DNA from: Eledone cirrhosa
Taxonomy: Eukaryota
DNA: 64,000 nucleotides
NCBI GenBank assembly: GCA_964016885.1
Contig: OZ024744.1
Coordinates: 95,542,001-95,606,000, forward strand
Direction of reading: 5' to 3'
Shown: one piece after another, positions 14,555-27,560 of the stretch
Position numbering within the stretch: the first letter of the stretch is position 1
Layout: the number at the start of each line of letters is the position of its first letter
The notes under the pieces: generated by a model
Told to the model about the DNA's origin: nothing
Seen by the model: the letters and a program-made list of their open reading frames with translations, nothing else
The model's database searches: none
Program-made: the position numbers and the translations under genes

Positions 14555-14787
14555 CCCCCTGTAATTTCAAGGCATATGCACATAAAAAAAATTCATTTTC
14601 TTGATCCCCTAGCGCCTGCATTTTTCCTGCTTCATCGAGGAAAATCTTAAAGATTATCCAGCCATCAGAGTATTCGGTTTATTTTCTTTACGTATTGTCC
14701 AGGCATGCAGTTTTTCAACGATTAGGTCTGTTGGCGGCCCGCGTTCCAAAATACCTTATCCTGTGCAATGCCGGGTACCATTGCTAG
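14045..14787 (+). mobile_element. Non-autonomous Helitron
   Basis: 5' A|TCTATATATATATAAAACTG; internal duplication of the 5' region; 3' hairpin CCTGTGCAATGCCGGG followed by CTAG|T; no TSD. Confidence 0.8.
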
Positions 14788-14879
14788 TTGTATATAAAAA
14801 AAATTCCATCATAATTTGATGTAAGAACCTTTATGTTCCAAACACTGGAATAAAAGGCGTGAAAAAAAAAAAAAAAACT

Positions 14880-15200
14880 ACTGTTCATCAGCTAGCTTGG
14901 ACTCGACAATCTCCTTGCTAGAATCTTAGCAGAGACTTTACTTTAAAAAGAAGATCCCTCTGTAATTGGAACAATCTCTCTTGTCGCCCTTTTTGAAAAT
15001 TGGGATTATCACTCCTGATTGCCATTGGTTAGGTGCCTTTCCAGAGACCCAGTCCACCTGGCACACACGAATCAATCAGAGAATACCTCTATTTAAGGCT
15101 TTTAACATCTCGGGCTAGATTTCATCTTCCTCGGCAGCCTTGCCACATTTGAGCTCTTTAACTGCTGTTGTGGCCTCAGGCTCAGAGAGATTAGTCACTG
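14880..15200 (-). pseudogene. RTE-clade RT N-terminal fragment
   Basis: Minus strand reads LKCGKAAEEDEI*PEMLKAL...GVIIPIFKKGDKRDCSNYRGIS. Confidence 0.7.
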
Positions 15201-15884
15201 CTTGAAAGAGGGAAAGTTAGTTATATTACTAAATCCCTCCACAAGCAGTGTCTTGGTAAATATGTTAATGAAAGGATTAAACTAACAACTTAACAGTAAG
15301 CGCCATAATTAATTAACCTTTGTCAGCTAATCAATTTCTCTATGGCCATGAGTTAATTAGACTGTCAGTTCTCATTAAACAAACCTATGATTGTCTTGAT
15401 ATTTTTTTTTAGTTATGTAGGACTATATCTTATATCATCTTTCCTTATTTAATACAGTGGGATGCCAATCGAGGGGGGTGGGGTGACTGCCTTTTCTAGT
15501 ATCATCATTTATTTAACATCTGTTTTCCCTGCTAGCAAGGGCTGGAGGTGTTCTCACTGGCCAAGTCAGTACTTAATTAGAGCCACTAATCCCATAGGCA
15601 GACTAGGGGCCTTATTTCACTTACATGTGTTCTCAAACTCTTTTAAATATATATACCTTTATTTCTTACAACATAGCTATGATGTTTCAGCAATGCAAGA
15701 TGGTTGTTGAGAGCCCTCAGGCTCTTGACTTTTGTATTCACATACACCCACATGCATGTGTGTATACTTAATATATTATACATACAATACATTTCTTCTT
15801 GCTCGACACGGTCAGGGTCTATATGTGTGTGTATATATATATATATATATAAATAGTGCATATAATACACTGTTTATTTATATA

Positions 15885-16240
15885 GCGCATGGCTTAGTGG
15901 TTAGAGCATTGGCCTTGCAATCGAAAGGTTGTGAGTTCAATTCTCGGACCGGGTGATGTGTTGTTTCCTTGAGCAAGACACTTTATTTCACATTGCTCCA
16001 GTTTACTCAGCTGTAGAAATGAGATGATAGGGACTAGGGTCCACATCATTCCACTGTAAAGTGGTCGTGGAGGTGCCACGGCAAAAAAGCACCCAGCACT
16101 CACTGTAAATGAGGTTGGTGTTAGGAAGGGCATCAAGCCAGAATCAGTTCCCGTATGAGCAAGACAAGGTCAGCCGACCGGACGCTGCCCACAACAGGAC
16201 AACCCGTCTAAGCCATACTAGCGTGGAAAAACGGTGATGA
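15885..16240 (+). mobile_element. tRNA-head SINE family B, tail type 2
   Basis: A box TGGCTTAGTGG, B box GAGTTCAATTC, core TCCTTGAGCAAGACACTT, module GGTTGGTGTTAGGAAGGGCATC, tail ...ACAACCCGTCTAAGCCATACTAGCGTGGAAAAACGG-TGATGA. Confidence 0.85.
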
Positions 16241-17566
16241 TATAGATATGTAAAGAAAGAGAGAGATCAGGATTTTTTTCAGTTTTAAATTAGTAAGACC
16301 ATTATCCAGCAGAGTACTTGATACTTGGGATAGTAGAGTGTAACTATATTATAATAATAATTGTTTCTACTTTTGGCACAAGGCCAGCAATTACCCAGTG
16401 TATTAAGAATATTAGTAATAATTGTTTCTAATTTTGGCACAAGGCCAGCAATTACTCAGTATATTACTGAAATTATTGTGTAAAGTGCTCAGGTGCACTA
16501 AACTCGTCAAAGGTGCATGTATAGTACATAGAATAATTGTTTCTACTTTTGGCACAAGGCCAGCAATTACCCAGTGCATTACTGGTACTTTATTTTATCG
16601 ACCCCGTAAGGATGAGAGGCAAAGTTACCCTCGGTATGTCAGGGAAGTACATGTGTGTATGTGTTAGCTGTTCTGTTGGCGGATCTCGGGAAGCATGGAG
16701 GCCTTAAAGGATGCAGTGTCTCGACAGCTAACAACTGATGCAGGTAGTTTGTTCTGTGCTGTTTTCTGACTTTGTGGGCATGTCCACGTGTGTTAGACAC
16801 ATGGAAATCAAAAACAGTCTGAACTTGACAGCTGAGTTCTTGCCATATCAGGGGTGCTGCTTAAGGTGTGATTGATGTGTTGGTAAATGGATAAGCAGTC
16901 AATAAAAGAATAATGGTTCATTGAAGGTCATTAATGAAAATTTTAGAATAAATTGTTTTTTTTTAAATATATTTTCCAGCAGTGGTTGTATGTTTCATTG
17001 TCTATGTAGATATAATGGCCTTTAAAGAGCCATTATCTTTTTCTTGACTGCTTATCCATTTACAGACACACCAATCACTTTAAACTATACCCCTGATGAA
17101 AACCTTTTCACAAGTAGCATTATTCCCTGCCTGGAATTAGTTGTCAAAATGGCAGGAGCTCAGCTGTCGGGGTCCCAACTCATCATATATATATCATCAA
17201 CATCATCATCACCATTTTACGTCCATTCTTCCACGCTAGCATGGGTTAGACGAGTTGTCCTGTTGTGGGAAATGCTAGGTGAGGTGACCTTGTCTTGCTC
17301 ATAAGGGAACTGATTTTGGCTGGGATTTTTACAGCTGGATGCCCTTCCTAACACCAACCTCATTGACAGTGAGTGCTGGGTGCTTTTTTTACCGTTGCGC
17401 CTACACAGCCACTTTACAGTGTGGGCTGGGTGCTTTTTTGTCGTGACAGCTCCACGACCACTTTGCAGTGGGAGGGGGTGGGGGCATATTGCCTATAGAC
17501 TTTGATATGTTAATTGTAAAAATATTCAAAGTATTGTTAACAGAAGAAGTATACTTCTCCATATTT

Positions 17567-17942
17567 CATGGCTTAGTGGTTAGAGCATTGGCCTTGAAAT
17601 CGAAAGGTTGTGAGTTCAATTCTCAGACCGGGTGATGTGTTGTTTCCTTGAGCAAGACACTTTATTTTACATTGCTCCAGTTTACTCAGCTGTAGAAATG
17701 AGATGATAGGGACTGGGGTCCATATCATCCCACTGTAAAGTGGTCGTGGAGGTGCCATGGCAAAAAAAGCACCCAGCCCACACTGTAAAGTGGACGTGTA
17801 GGCACCACAGCAAAAAAAGCACCCAGCACTCACTGTAAATGAGGTTGGTGTTAGGAAGGGCATCCAGCTGTAGAAATCGAGCCAGAATCAGTTCCCGTCC
17901 CACCCTTACAAGCAGGGAAAAGTGAACGTAAAATGATGATGA
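17567..17942 (+). mobile_element. tRNA-head SINE family B, tail type 1; near-identical copies at 41448-41792 (+), 46674-47037 (+), 52385-52737 (-)
   Basis: Same head and body as 15885; tail CCCACCCTT(A/G)CAAGCAGGGAAAAG...ACGTAAAATGATGATG. The repeated ORF-track peptide MPFLTPTSFTVSAG... is the antisense of this SINE. Confidence 0.9.
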
Positions 17943-19565
17943 GGTTTTCCATTGTCCATTTCTCTACTCTCCATTTTCTTCATTCCTTTTACCATCTCCA
18001 ACTTGCTTGCTTTGCTGATATTTGTTTTTGTGAACCTTGGTGTATGTTTAAAACTGTGTAATACACATATGCACATCATCACTATCCTCATCATCGTTTC
18101 ACGTTTGTTTTCCCTGCCTGCAAGGTTTGGACATGGTCACACATACACATATATATCTTTAGTTTCTTTTACTCTCCGTGGAGCATTGAGTGATGAGAGA
18201 TCTCTGTTCGATAAGGTTACAAGCTTTGTCACAGAAGGGCCTGCTTCGAGGTCAGGTATCTGCTTGTTTCTGTAGTAATTTTGATTAATGGATGTTTGGT
18301 TGCTAGGCTCGTACTCCATCCCTTGCCTGTTTTCAACACAAACTGAAAACTAACCAAACGTTTCAAAGTCAAGGGATTGAGGGTCCATAACCCTGGATAG
18401 GGGCCAATTTCATGTACTGTCAACCAGAGGTCACGCACACACATTCTGACGTATTTGACATAGTTTTATGTCTGCTTTTGCATGCTTGCATTGTCTGAAC
18501 TGGTTTTCGTTTACTATGGCTTCCCTCCACTGGGATTGCTTGCCACCTCTTCACCCAGCGATCATTAGGGTCGTGGTTTGGCAGTATCGGTAGAGCGTCA
18601 GATGCCATGCTTTTTAGTCTAGAGTTATGGCCCTTTGCGTTCTGAGTTCAAATCCGCCAAGGTTAACTTTGCCTTTCATCCTTACAGGGTTGATAAAATG
18701 AAGTAGCAGTCACGCACTTGAGTTAATGAACTTTCCCTTCCCCCAAAATTGCTGTCGAATACCTATATATATATATCATCATTATCACCGATTAACATCC
18801 ATTTTCCATGTTAGCACGGGTTAAATGAGCTGTCCTGTTGTGAGACAAGTCGAGTCAGATGAACAGATTTAGGCTTTGTTTCTACAGCTGGATGCCCTTC
18901 TTAACGCCAACCACATTTACAGTGTGGACTGGGTGCTTTTTGTTATGACACCTACACATTTGTGTATGTATGTATTATATAATATGAAGGTATGTAGTTA
19001 AAATCTCCTAGCTTCGATATTATGTGAGATAAAGCCTTTACCGTGAAAATACAATAGTAAATATAGAGTAATGTAAATGCTAAAGGGTTAATGCTTCTAA
19101 AGCCAGGATAATTTCTAACCTGATGAGCCTCTGGGTTCAACACAGATTTTAAGATTTAATAGGTGTGTGTGTGTGTGTATATAGGCGCCGAATTGAATTC
19201 CTCACTAAACTCACTTTACTGATGTTCCTCTATATGACTTGCACTGCTCTCATGTAATATAGTGTTTGTAACAACCAAAGGTTAAACTCATCTGAGGAGT
19301 CTGTGTCTTACAACTCTAGCATTGCATAACACATGTAACAAAAATAAACAAGTTAAACTGATCTTGATATATTCCTGAGAGAGTCATAGGAGCAGAGCCC
19401 TCAAACACTTCTTCCAGCGGGTCCTGTCAGAAGCAACTATCTCCAACTGATCTGGCTGGATCCCCAAGCGAGATCAGCCCAGCTCATCAATGTTATCTAA
19501 ACATCTTGCTCGGAGTCTCCTGTCAGTTGTTTTTGCCCATAAAATCTGTCCAGTGACAGATTTAA

Positions 19566-19763
19566 CCCTTTAGCATTTGAACCAGCCAGAATTCTCTCAC
19601 CTCTTTCTATTCAAACTGGCTGCTCACTATGATGTTAAGGTATTGTTCTCAAAATAAATATCAAAATCTCATAGATTCGATATTATATGAGATGATTATG
19701 TGAGATAAAACCTTTACTGTGAAAATACAATAGTATATATAGAATAATGTAAATGCTAAAGGG
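19566..19763. mobile_element. piggyBac-like MITE; copies at 13252-13439, 19839-20046, 40966-41170 plus fragments
   Basis: TTAA|CCCTTTAGCATTT ... AAATGCTAAAGGG|TTAA: TIRs with TTAA TSD. Confidence 0.85.
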
Positions 19764-21511
19764 TTAAAACTTCATGAAGATCAAAGAATAGTATCCAGTT
19801 AGGCTCTCCCACTGTAAGTTTTGCTGTTGTTTTATTAACCCTTTAGTATTTAAACCAGACATACCCAGCCAGAATTCTCTCACCTCTTTCTGTTCAAACT
19901 GGCTGTAACCAGCCGCTCATACTGATGTTAAGGTATTGTTCTCAAAATAAATAATATCAAAATCTTCTAGATTCGAAATTATGTGAGATAAAGCCTTTAC
20001 CACAAAAATACAACAGTATATATAGAGTAACGTAAATACTAATGAGTTAAACAGCCTCAAATTACAGAATAAAATATTTTTAAAATACTGAGACAGCAGC
20101 TAAAATGGCTTAATATTGAAACACTTAACCCTTACATCTTTCATTTAAAAGGGTAAAGCCCCTGCTTTGGTCACTTAATGACCATGGAATTTGCACCTAA
20201 AAATATATATCTCTCTCACTCTCTCTCTCTGATGGTTTCCTTTCTTTTTCATTTTGTCTGTCTCTTTTTCCTTCTCTGTCTCTAGTCACAACGCCTATTA
20301 AACAAAGGGAGATAAATCCTCAGAGTAAAATCTGTATTATCTCCTCTATTCTGCTGACACTCAAAACGCTGTTGTCTTTTTTAATAACTTCTGCTTTCCA
20401 TTGCAATTTGTCACATTAAAAATACTATTTTATGTGACACAGGAAAGCCCGAAGAGGAGACCGTGTTATTTAACTGACATGAAACATGAAATAGTTTACA
20501 CTCAATTCATTGTATTATATAATTAAGTGTCTAACAAAGCAGTATCCAGTGTTTTCATTTCTTATATGTACATTACACTTGTATCTGTTACATACGTATA
20601 CACACACATACGTACACACACATAATGAAAAGCTGTTGTTGAAAACAAGAGTAACCACTGTTGAGTATCAAGTACTCATTACAAGAGAAGTTATTAGCTA
20701 TGAATACATTGATTTGAAGTAAGCGTCCTATGCTCTTTAGTCTGATGGCCTCCAAGAAACCTAGATGGAAATGATTGGCTTGTGAAGGTGGTGCCATCTA
20801 AGTACAAAGCTGCTGTAAAAAAAGAAAAAATATGGATTAGCAATGAGTTCAGTGAAGAATTTAGTGTGCAAGTGAGTGTTTATCATGGTTTAAATCCTCA
20901 TCTGACTCCTGTAACCTTTCTTGCAGTTGTCTCCCTATGAAGAGGACATAAGTATTAGCTCAACTTGACACAAATCTGACCTGAATCTCACTTAAACTAA
21001 TCCTCATTCCTCATCCTAGTCAGTTGTACTAAAACTTTCTCTGTTACTTTCATAACTTGATTCATCACTTTGATATCCATATAGTTGTATCTGTGAAGGC
21101 GTGTGGCCGAGTGGTTAGAAAATTGGATTCGCAATCGTGAGGTTGTGAGTATGGTTACCGGACCGGCAAATGTGTTATGTCCTTGAGCAAGACACTTTAT
21201 TTCACATTGCTCCTTCTACCTGGAGTTGCGACCGATAGATAGTATTACCAATTGGAAAGACAGTGAGTGATGAGATTGCTACACTGCTCCTTCTTTTGGG
21301 TCTACTGGAGGTATTCCCTCTTTCTCCCACACAATTTTCACATTCTGCAACTTTTTATAACTTTTCCAAGCCTCCTTCTCCTCATCAACGAGGGTAAAGT
21401 GTCATTCTAAATATACTTTGTCCCAAGATGTTCTATGACACACACCCAAATGCTGCACGTAGTGCTGAGCAACGCCTGGAAGCAGCATTTCTCGAAAGAA
21501 GTGCTATAGGG

Positions 21512-21955
21512 ACATGTGCCTAAATCAGAAACCATTATTATTATTATTGGTGGATTGGCAGTATCGGTAGAGCGTCGGACACCATGCTTTGTAGCATAGA
21601 GTTACGTCCCTTTACAGACTGAGTTCAAATCCCCGCCGAGGTTAACTTTGCCTTTCATCCTTACGGGGGTCAATAAAATAAAGTACCAGTAATGCACTGG
21701 GGTAATTGCTGGCCTTGTGCCAAAAGCAGAAACAATTATTATTGATGGTTTGGCAGTATCGGTAGAGCATCAGACAACATGCTCTGTGGAATATAGTTAC
21801 GGTCTATTACATTCTGAGTTTAAATCCCGCCATGATTAGCTTTGACTTTCATCCTTACAGTGTCGAGAAAATAAAGTACCAGTAATGCATTGGGGTCAGT
21901 TTGACTTTCCTCTTCAAATTGCTGGCCTTGTCTCAAAAGTAGACACAATTATTAA
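21512..21955 (+). mobile_element. Head-to-tail array of family A SINEs (one tail stub plus two copies)
   Basis: TGTGCCTAAATCAGAAACC(ATT)n, then a copy at 21549-21735, ATTATTATT, then a copy at 21744-21952. Confidence 0.85.
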
Positions 21956-22089
21956 TCCTACATGTTTGCACTTTTTAGCTCTTAAATTTTTCCTTTTTTT
22001 TTTTTTAAAAATGGCACAAATTGAGAATTTGGCCAATCTACACCAAAATCATTGACACTGATGAAACTGATGCAACTGTTTCTCTTATG

Positions 22090-22470
22090 AATGAGTTCTT
22101 TCTTTCTTCTTTTATTTCTTTCTTCCATCCTTTCTTTCTTCTTCCTTTCTTTCTTCTATCCATTCTTTCTTCTTTCCATCCTTCCTTTCTTTCATTCTTT
22201 CTTTCATCCTTCCTTTCTTTCTTTCTTTCTTCCTTTCTTTCTTTCTTTCTTTCTTTCTTTCTGCCTTCCTTCCATCCTTTCTTCCTTTCTTTCTTCCTTC
22301 CATTCTTCATTTCTTTCTTCCTTTCTTTCTTCCATCCTCCCTTTCTTTCTTCCTTTCTTTCATTCTTTCTCCTTTTTTCTTTATTTCTTCTATCCTTCCT
22401 TTCTTTCTCCCATCCTTCCTTTCTTTCTTTTTTCCATCCTTCCTTTCTTTCTTTCTTCCATCCTTCCTTG
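22090..22470. repeat. (CTTT/CCTT)n polypyrimidine tract
   Basis: Read directly from the sequence. Confidence 0.95.
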
Positions 22471-22654
22471 GTGAACAACACAAAATATAACTACTCCATT
22501 ACCAAAGGTTTCTGGATCCCAGACGATATCAATATACGATAATAATATTCGTTTGTCAGACATCTCTGTCTGATGAACGATCGAGACGTATATTATTATC
22601 GCTTGTGATCCAGAAACCTTTCGTAATGGAGTAGTTATATTTTGTGTTGTTCAC
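22471..22654. repeat. 184-bp foldback palindrome, MITE-like
   Basis: GTGAACAACACAAAATATAACTACTCCATTAC-CAAAGGTTTCTGGATC is mirrored almost exactly at the right end; inner stem TCGTTTGTCAGACA / TGTCTGATGAACGA. Confidence 0.9.
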
Positions 22655-22686
22655 TTTCTAATTAAATATATATATATATATATATA

Positions 22687-23784
22687 CTAGCAGTGTATCC
22701 CTGCATTGCACGGATAAGAACATTGGTAATAGCACCTCCAATGAGAAATGTTTATTTGTGAGTGCCTGTTAAAAACTCACAAAAATATACCAACAGGAAA
22801 CTTGTTTTATTTGGAGAAAATTTGTTGAGCCCCTTCTTTTCATACTCCTCTGTTTTGGACTATCGTAGTAAATGTGAAAGAGAAAGTCACAGGTTAAGTT
22901 GGCAGAAGGTTCCAGTGTCATAGCAGTAAGGCGTAGGCTACTTACCTCGAAAGTTCATTCGCACTCTTTCCACTAAGTTACTCTTTCTCTCTATCCCTCT
23001 CGGTGCAGTCCCTTGTGAATTTATCGTGTAGGCCTGGTGTAGATTTGCACCCGATCCATCTTCCCGATGCACATGTCCACTTTGTACGGCTTTTGGAGGA
23101 AGGAGTGACCAGCACTATGTTCGGTATTATTACGGAAAGGTGTAGCAGAGAATCCTGCGTGAACTAACAGCTCGGGAGGAAACTCCTTACCTCGAAGATT
23201 CATTCGCCATCGTTGTTGTCAACGCTCCATTTAGTTGGTATTTGTTGGTCTACAGTTAGATGAATGGCGCACAAAGAGTTAATGTTTATTGGCAAGAAGT
23301 GGCAACTGGGCTGGCTTGCCTCGCTTATATTATATATTAAAATAACAGATTAAAGTTTAAGCAAAGAATCGCTGCTTTCACCCTTAATGGGATCTTCTGA
23401 AACTAAAAAAATCAATCTGTGAACGCAGAAGTAAATATTTTGAAAAACGTTGCAACTGAAGGAAAACAGGAAGACGATACTTTGGTTCGTGAAGACGTTG
23501 CCTGGCAATGAATGGAAAATAGCGAACATAATACGTCATCAATGTTTGTCATAATGTCGAAATACAGACAGATATAAGGGCGCGACAGAGATAGATAACC
23601 GGCACCTAACACCCCTTTAACAACAGAAAATTGAAAAATAAAAGCTGCAGTTAATATCTTTAGACCGCAAGGAATATATAAATGCAAGTTTGAAGTCAAT
23701 CGGAGTAGAAATGTGGATTTGTATAGACTTTGCAAAAATGAGGACACACACACAGACAACTACAGTTTTATATATATGTATAGA
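22687..23784 (-). mobile_element. Non-autonomous Helitron with termini related to the 14045 copy
   Basis: Minus strand begins A|TCTATACATATATATAAAACTG and ends TCCGTGCAATGCAGGG...CTAG|T. Confidence 0.8.
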
Positions 23785-24145
23785 TATATATATATCATCA
23801 TCATCATCATCACCGTTTTACGTCCATTCTTCCATGCTAGCATGAGATAGACGGGTTGTCCTGTTGTGGGCAGTGCCTGGTCGGGTGACCTTGTCTTGCT
23901 TATACAGAACTGATTTTGGCTCGATTTCTACAGCTGGATGCCCTTCCTAACATCAACCTCATTTACAGTGTGGGCTGGGTGGTTTTTGCCATGGCACCTC
24001 CACGACCACTTTGCAGTGGGAGGAGTTGGGAGCATATTGTCTATATGCTTCAGCTTCGGCTTGTACCCATGGGAAGTCGGGTCATCTGTATTACTGCGTA
24101 ACACCAGAGGTTTCAGTCCTGTGTCATCGCCTTTGAGAGGTGTAA

Positions 24146-26550
24146 TTGGGTAAGGTCGGCTTTTATCACTTCATCCCAGGCTTCTTGGGTATCCCCACTC
24201 CACGGCTTCCATCGACTTCTAGTGCTCTGCACCTTTTTATGCAGCTGTCATCCTTCATACGCATCACATGTCCATACCAACGCAACCTCCTCTCCTGCAC
24301 ACAGCATTTAATTCCTCTTATGCTCAGTCTCTCTCTCAATTCGTTTATGCTTTGCCGTTCACGTATATTACTATTATACATCCATCGGAGCATGCAAGCT
24401 TCGTTTCTTTCTAATTTATGCAAGTCTTCCACAGACACACAACGCCCAGGTTTCACTAACATGTAACATTGCTGTTCGTATGCACGCATCATACAGTCTG
24501 CCTTTCATTTTGAGGGAAAGGCCTTTTGCAGCTAGCAGTGGCACTAGCTCCCTGAACTTCTTCCATCCTGTTCTAACCCTGGTTACTGTACTTTCAGAGA
24601 ACCCACCTCTGCTGCTAATTCGGTCTCCTAGGTAGCAAAAGCTGTCTACTGTTTCTACAGAGCCCTCCCAGAGTTTGGTGGTGCTTGTTTCCTGCAGCCA
24701 TTTGCTGCTTGCTGTCCTGGTGCAGCTGTTGCATATAAAGCCTATATTCTTAGCTGAGATCTGAGATCCCACTACATCTCTTGGGCATCAGTGGTGCCTT
24801 TTCCTAACACAAACCCAAATTGCATCTCACCTAGTCCTAATTCTAGATACTATGGCCTCGGAACACCCCCCTCCCATGCTACTCTGATCTCCTAGGTACC
24901 GGAAGCTATCCACCACTTCTATAGCACCCGCCTGCAATTGAAAAATGTGTCTATCAATGCGACTTCTACTGTCTAATTTCCCTGTACATCTACTGCATTT
25001 CTCCCTACCTGTTAGTTTGCCTGCTATCCCACTACATCTCTTGGGTACCCAGGATCTGCATTGTGTGCATTTTATAGAATTTATGCCAGTTCCTTTTCTG
25101 CATATCGAACATGGCTATTTCCCTGACGGAATCAGAGTTTTGTCCTCTTTTCTACTCATCAACACTTTTGTCTTAGCTAGGTTCACTCTCAGTCCTCTGC
25201 TGTTTCCATAGCCAGAATTTATTCTCTAGTTCCTCTACTGATTCTGCTATAGGAACCAGATCGTCAGCATAGAGAAGTTCCCATGGACAGCCAGTCTTAA
25301 ACTCCTCTGTTATGGCTTGGAGGACTATAATGAACAAGAGCGGGCTGAAGACCAAACCTTGATGTACTCCTACTTGTATCTGGAATTCCTCACTAAACTC
25401 CATTCCTACCCTGACTTTACTGACAGTACCTCTGTACAAAGTTTGCACTGACCTCACAAGCCATTCCTCAATACCTAGTTTCCTTAGGGACCACCAGATG
25501 ACAGATCGGGGTAGCCTATCAAAGGCCTTCTCTAGGTCAACAAAGGCAAAGTATCGTGGTTTATTTTTCTCTAAGAACCTCTCTTGCAATTGCCTCACCA
25601 AGAAGAGGGCATCTGTTGTACTCTTCCCAGGCACAAAACCAAACTGCATCTCATCTAGTTTGACCCTGTCTCTAATTAGTTGTGCTAATATCCTTTCTGC
25701 CACTTTCATAACCTGATCCATCAGTTTTATACCCCTATAATTGCTCCTCTCCAGAGCATCCCCTATACATTTGCAGCAATTTATGAGAATACTGCTGCAC
25801 CAGTCTTTGCGTATGACACCACCATAAATAGCCTGATTGATGATGCATGCAACCAGTTTAGTGCCTACGTCCCCTGATGCCTTCAGCATCTCAGCAACTA
25901 TCCTCGACGGTCCAGTGGCCTTACCATTTTTCATTTCCTTAATCACCTCTTGGACCCTATATTCGTCAATCCCTCTGTCGGATCTACTGAGGGTAATTTC
26001 TCTCTCTCCCATTCGTTCTCCACATTCATCAGTCTCTCATAATGACATTTCCAGGCCTCCTTTTTCTGATCATTCGTGACACTAAGTACACCGGCATCAT
26101 TCCGGACACATTTATCTCCAACAACATCCTGATTTGCATTGACACATTGCCTTGCAATGTGGTACACTGCACGCCTCTGATCTTCCCATCGCAGAACATT
26201 GGCAAACCTCCTACTCTCAGCCTCCCTGTGTGCTAAATACACCTGACGTCTAGCTTCTCTCTTAGCGGCTGCTTATCCTTCTCTACTCCCACCCTTTTTC
26301 CAAGCGTTCCATGCTAGTCTTTTGTCTCTAATGGCATATAACTCTTTCTGTTACTTTCATGACCTGGTCCATCAGCTTTATACCTCTATAATTTCCTCAA
26401 TCTAGTGCATCACCTTTACCCTTGTAGCAGTTGTCAATGATGCTGCTGCACCAATCCTTTGGTGTGGCACCCTCTAGTATTACCTGGTTAACAATGCGTG
26501 TGGTTATGGTGTGACCTACCGACCCAGATGCCTTCAGCACCGATGGACCG
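24146..26550 (-). mobile_element. Decayed, patchwork RTE-clade LINE (RT and C-terminus)
   Basis: NYRGIKL, QFGFVPGKST, AFVDLEKAFDR, GVHQG, LLYADDL, RRLRWYGHVMRM; frameshifts and out-of-order pieces. Confidence 0.9.
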
Positions 26551-27099
26551 ATATATATATATATTCAAAATATGGAGTGCACAGGGCAAAAACAATGGAA
26601 AAAACAATGAAGACATCCTTTCTCTTCAGTGAACCTCTGAAAATCACTATGGTTTAGGTCAATTAAGGTCAATACCAATAATTCCAGTGCACGTTTATTT
26701 ATTTATATATATATATATCAATTTATCGAACCAGACATATTAAATATCATCATTATCATCATTATCATCATCATCATCATTGTTTAACATCTATTTTCCA
26801 TGCTAGCATGGGCTTAGACGGGTTTGTCCCATTGGAGGCAAGTTTGGTCGGGTGACTGTTTCTGGCTGGTTTTCTATGGTTGGATATTCTTCCTAACGCC
26901 GGCTACATTTACAGTGTGTGCTGGGTACTTTTTGCCATGTCTCCTACACAACCATTTTACAGTGTGGGCTGGATGCCTTGTGATACCAACATAACTTTAC
27001 AGAGTAAGAGTGGTGTGGGCGGAATTGTAGGGTATGTGGGGTGTATATTGGATTAAGAGATGTCTTCTGAGTGTAAGTTTAAGTCTGAGTGCAAGGGAA

Positions 27100-27560
27100 G
27101 TGGGTCTTCTGTGTTACCGCATAATGCCAAAGATCTCGATCTTCGTAATCTTAGAGAGGTTCAAGTGTGCAAGATCAGCTTTTATTACCTTGTCCCAGGA
27201 TTTTCTGGGTCTTCCTACTCCGTAATTCCCATCAATTCTGATTGCCCTGCACTTTTTTATACAAATGTCGTCCTTCATACGTATCACATGACCATACCAA
27301 TGCATTCTCCTCTCTTGTAAACTGCATCTGATCCCTCTTATTCCTAATTTCTCACTTAGTTCATCTACGCTTTGTCGTTTGTGTATATTACTATTACACA
27401 TCCATCGGAGCATGCATGCTTCATTTCTTTCCAAACTGCATGGATCCTCTGCACACAAAGCCCATGTCTCACTGCCATGTAACATCACTGTTCATATACA
27501 AGCATCGTACAATCTGCCTTTCATTTTTAGAGAGAAACCTATTGTGGCCAACAGCAGTAT
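27100..27560 (-). mobile_element. RTE LINE 3' fragment
   Basis: MLHGSETW...RRMHWYGHVIRMKDD...GRPRKSWDKVI. Confidence 0.85.

Noticed and set aside
22569-22592. Hammerhead core CTGATGA...GAGAC inside the foldback
   Set aside because: GAAA is absent, and the motif is explained by the palindrome arm with CpG decay.
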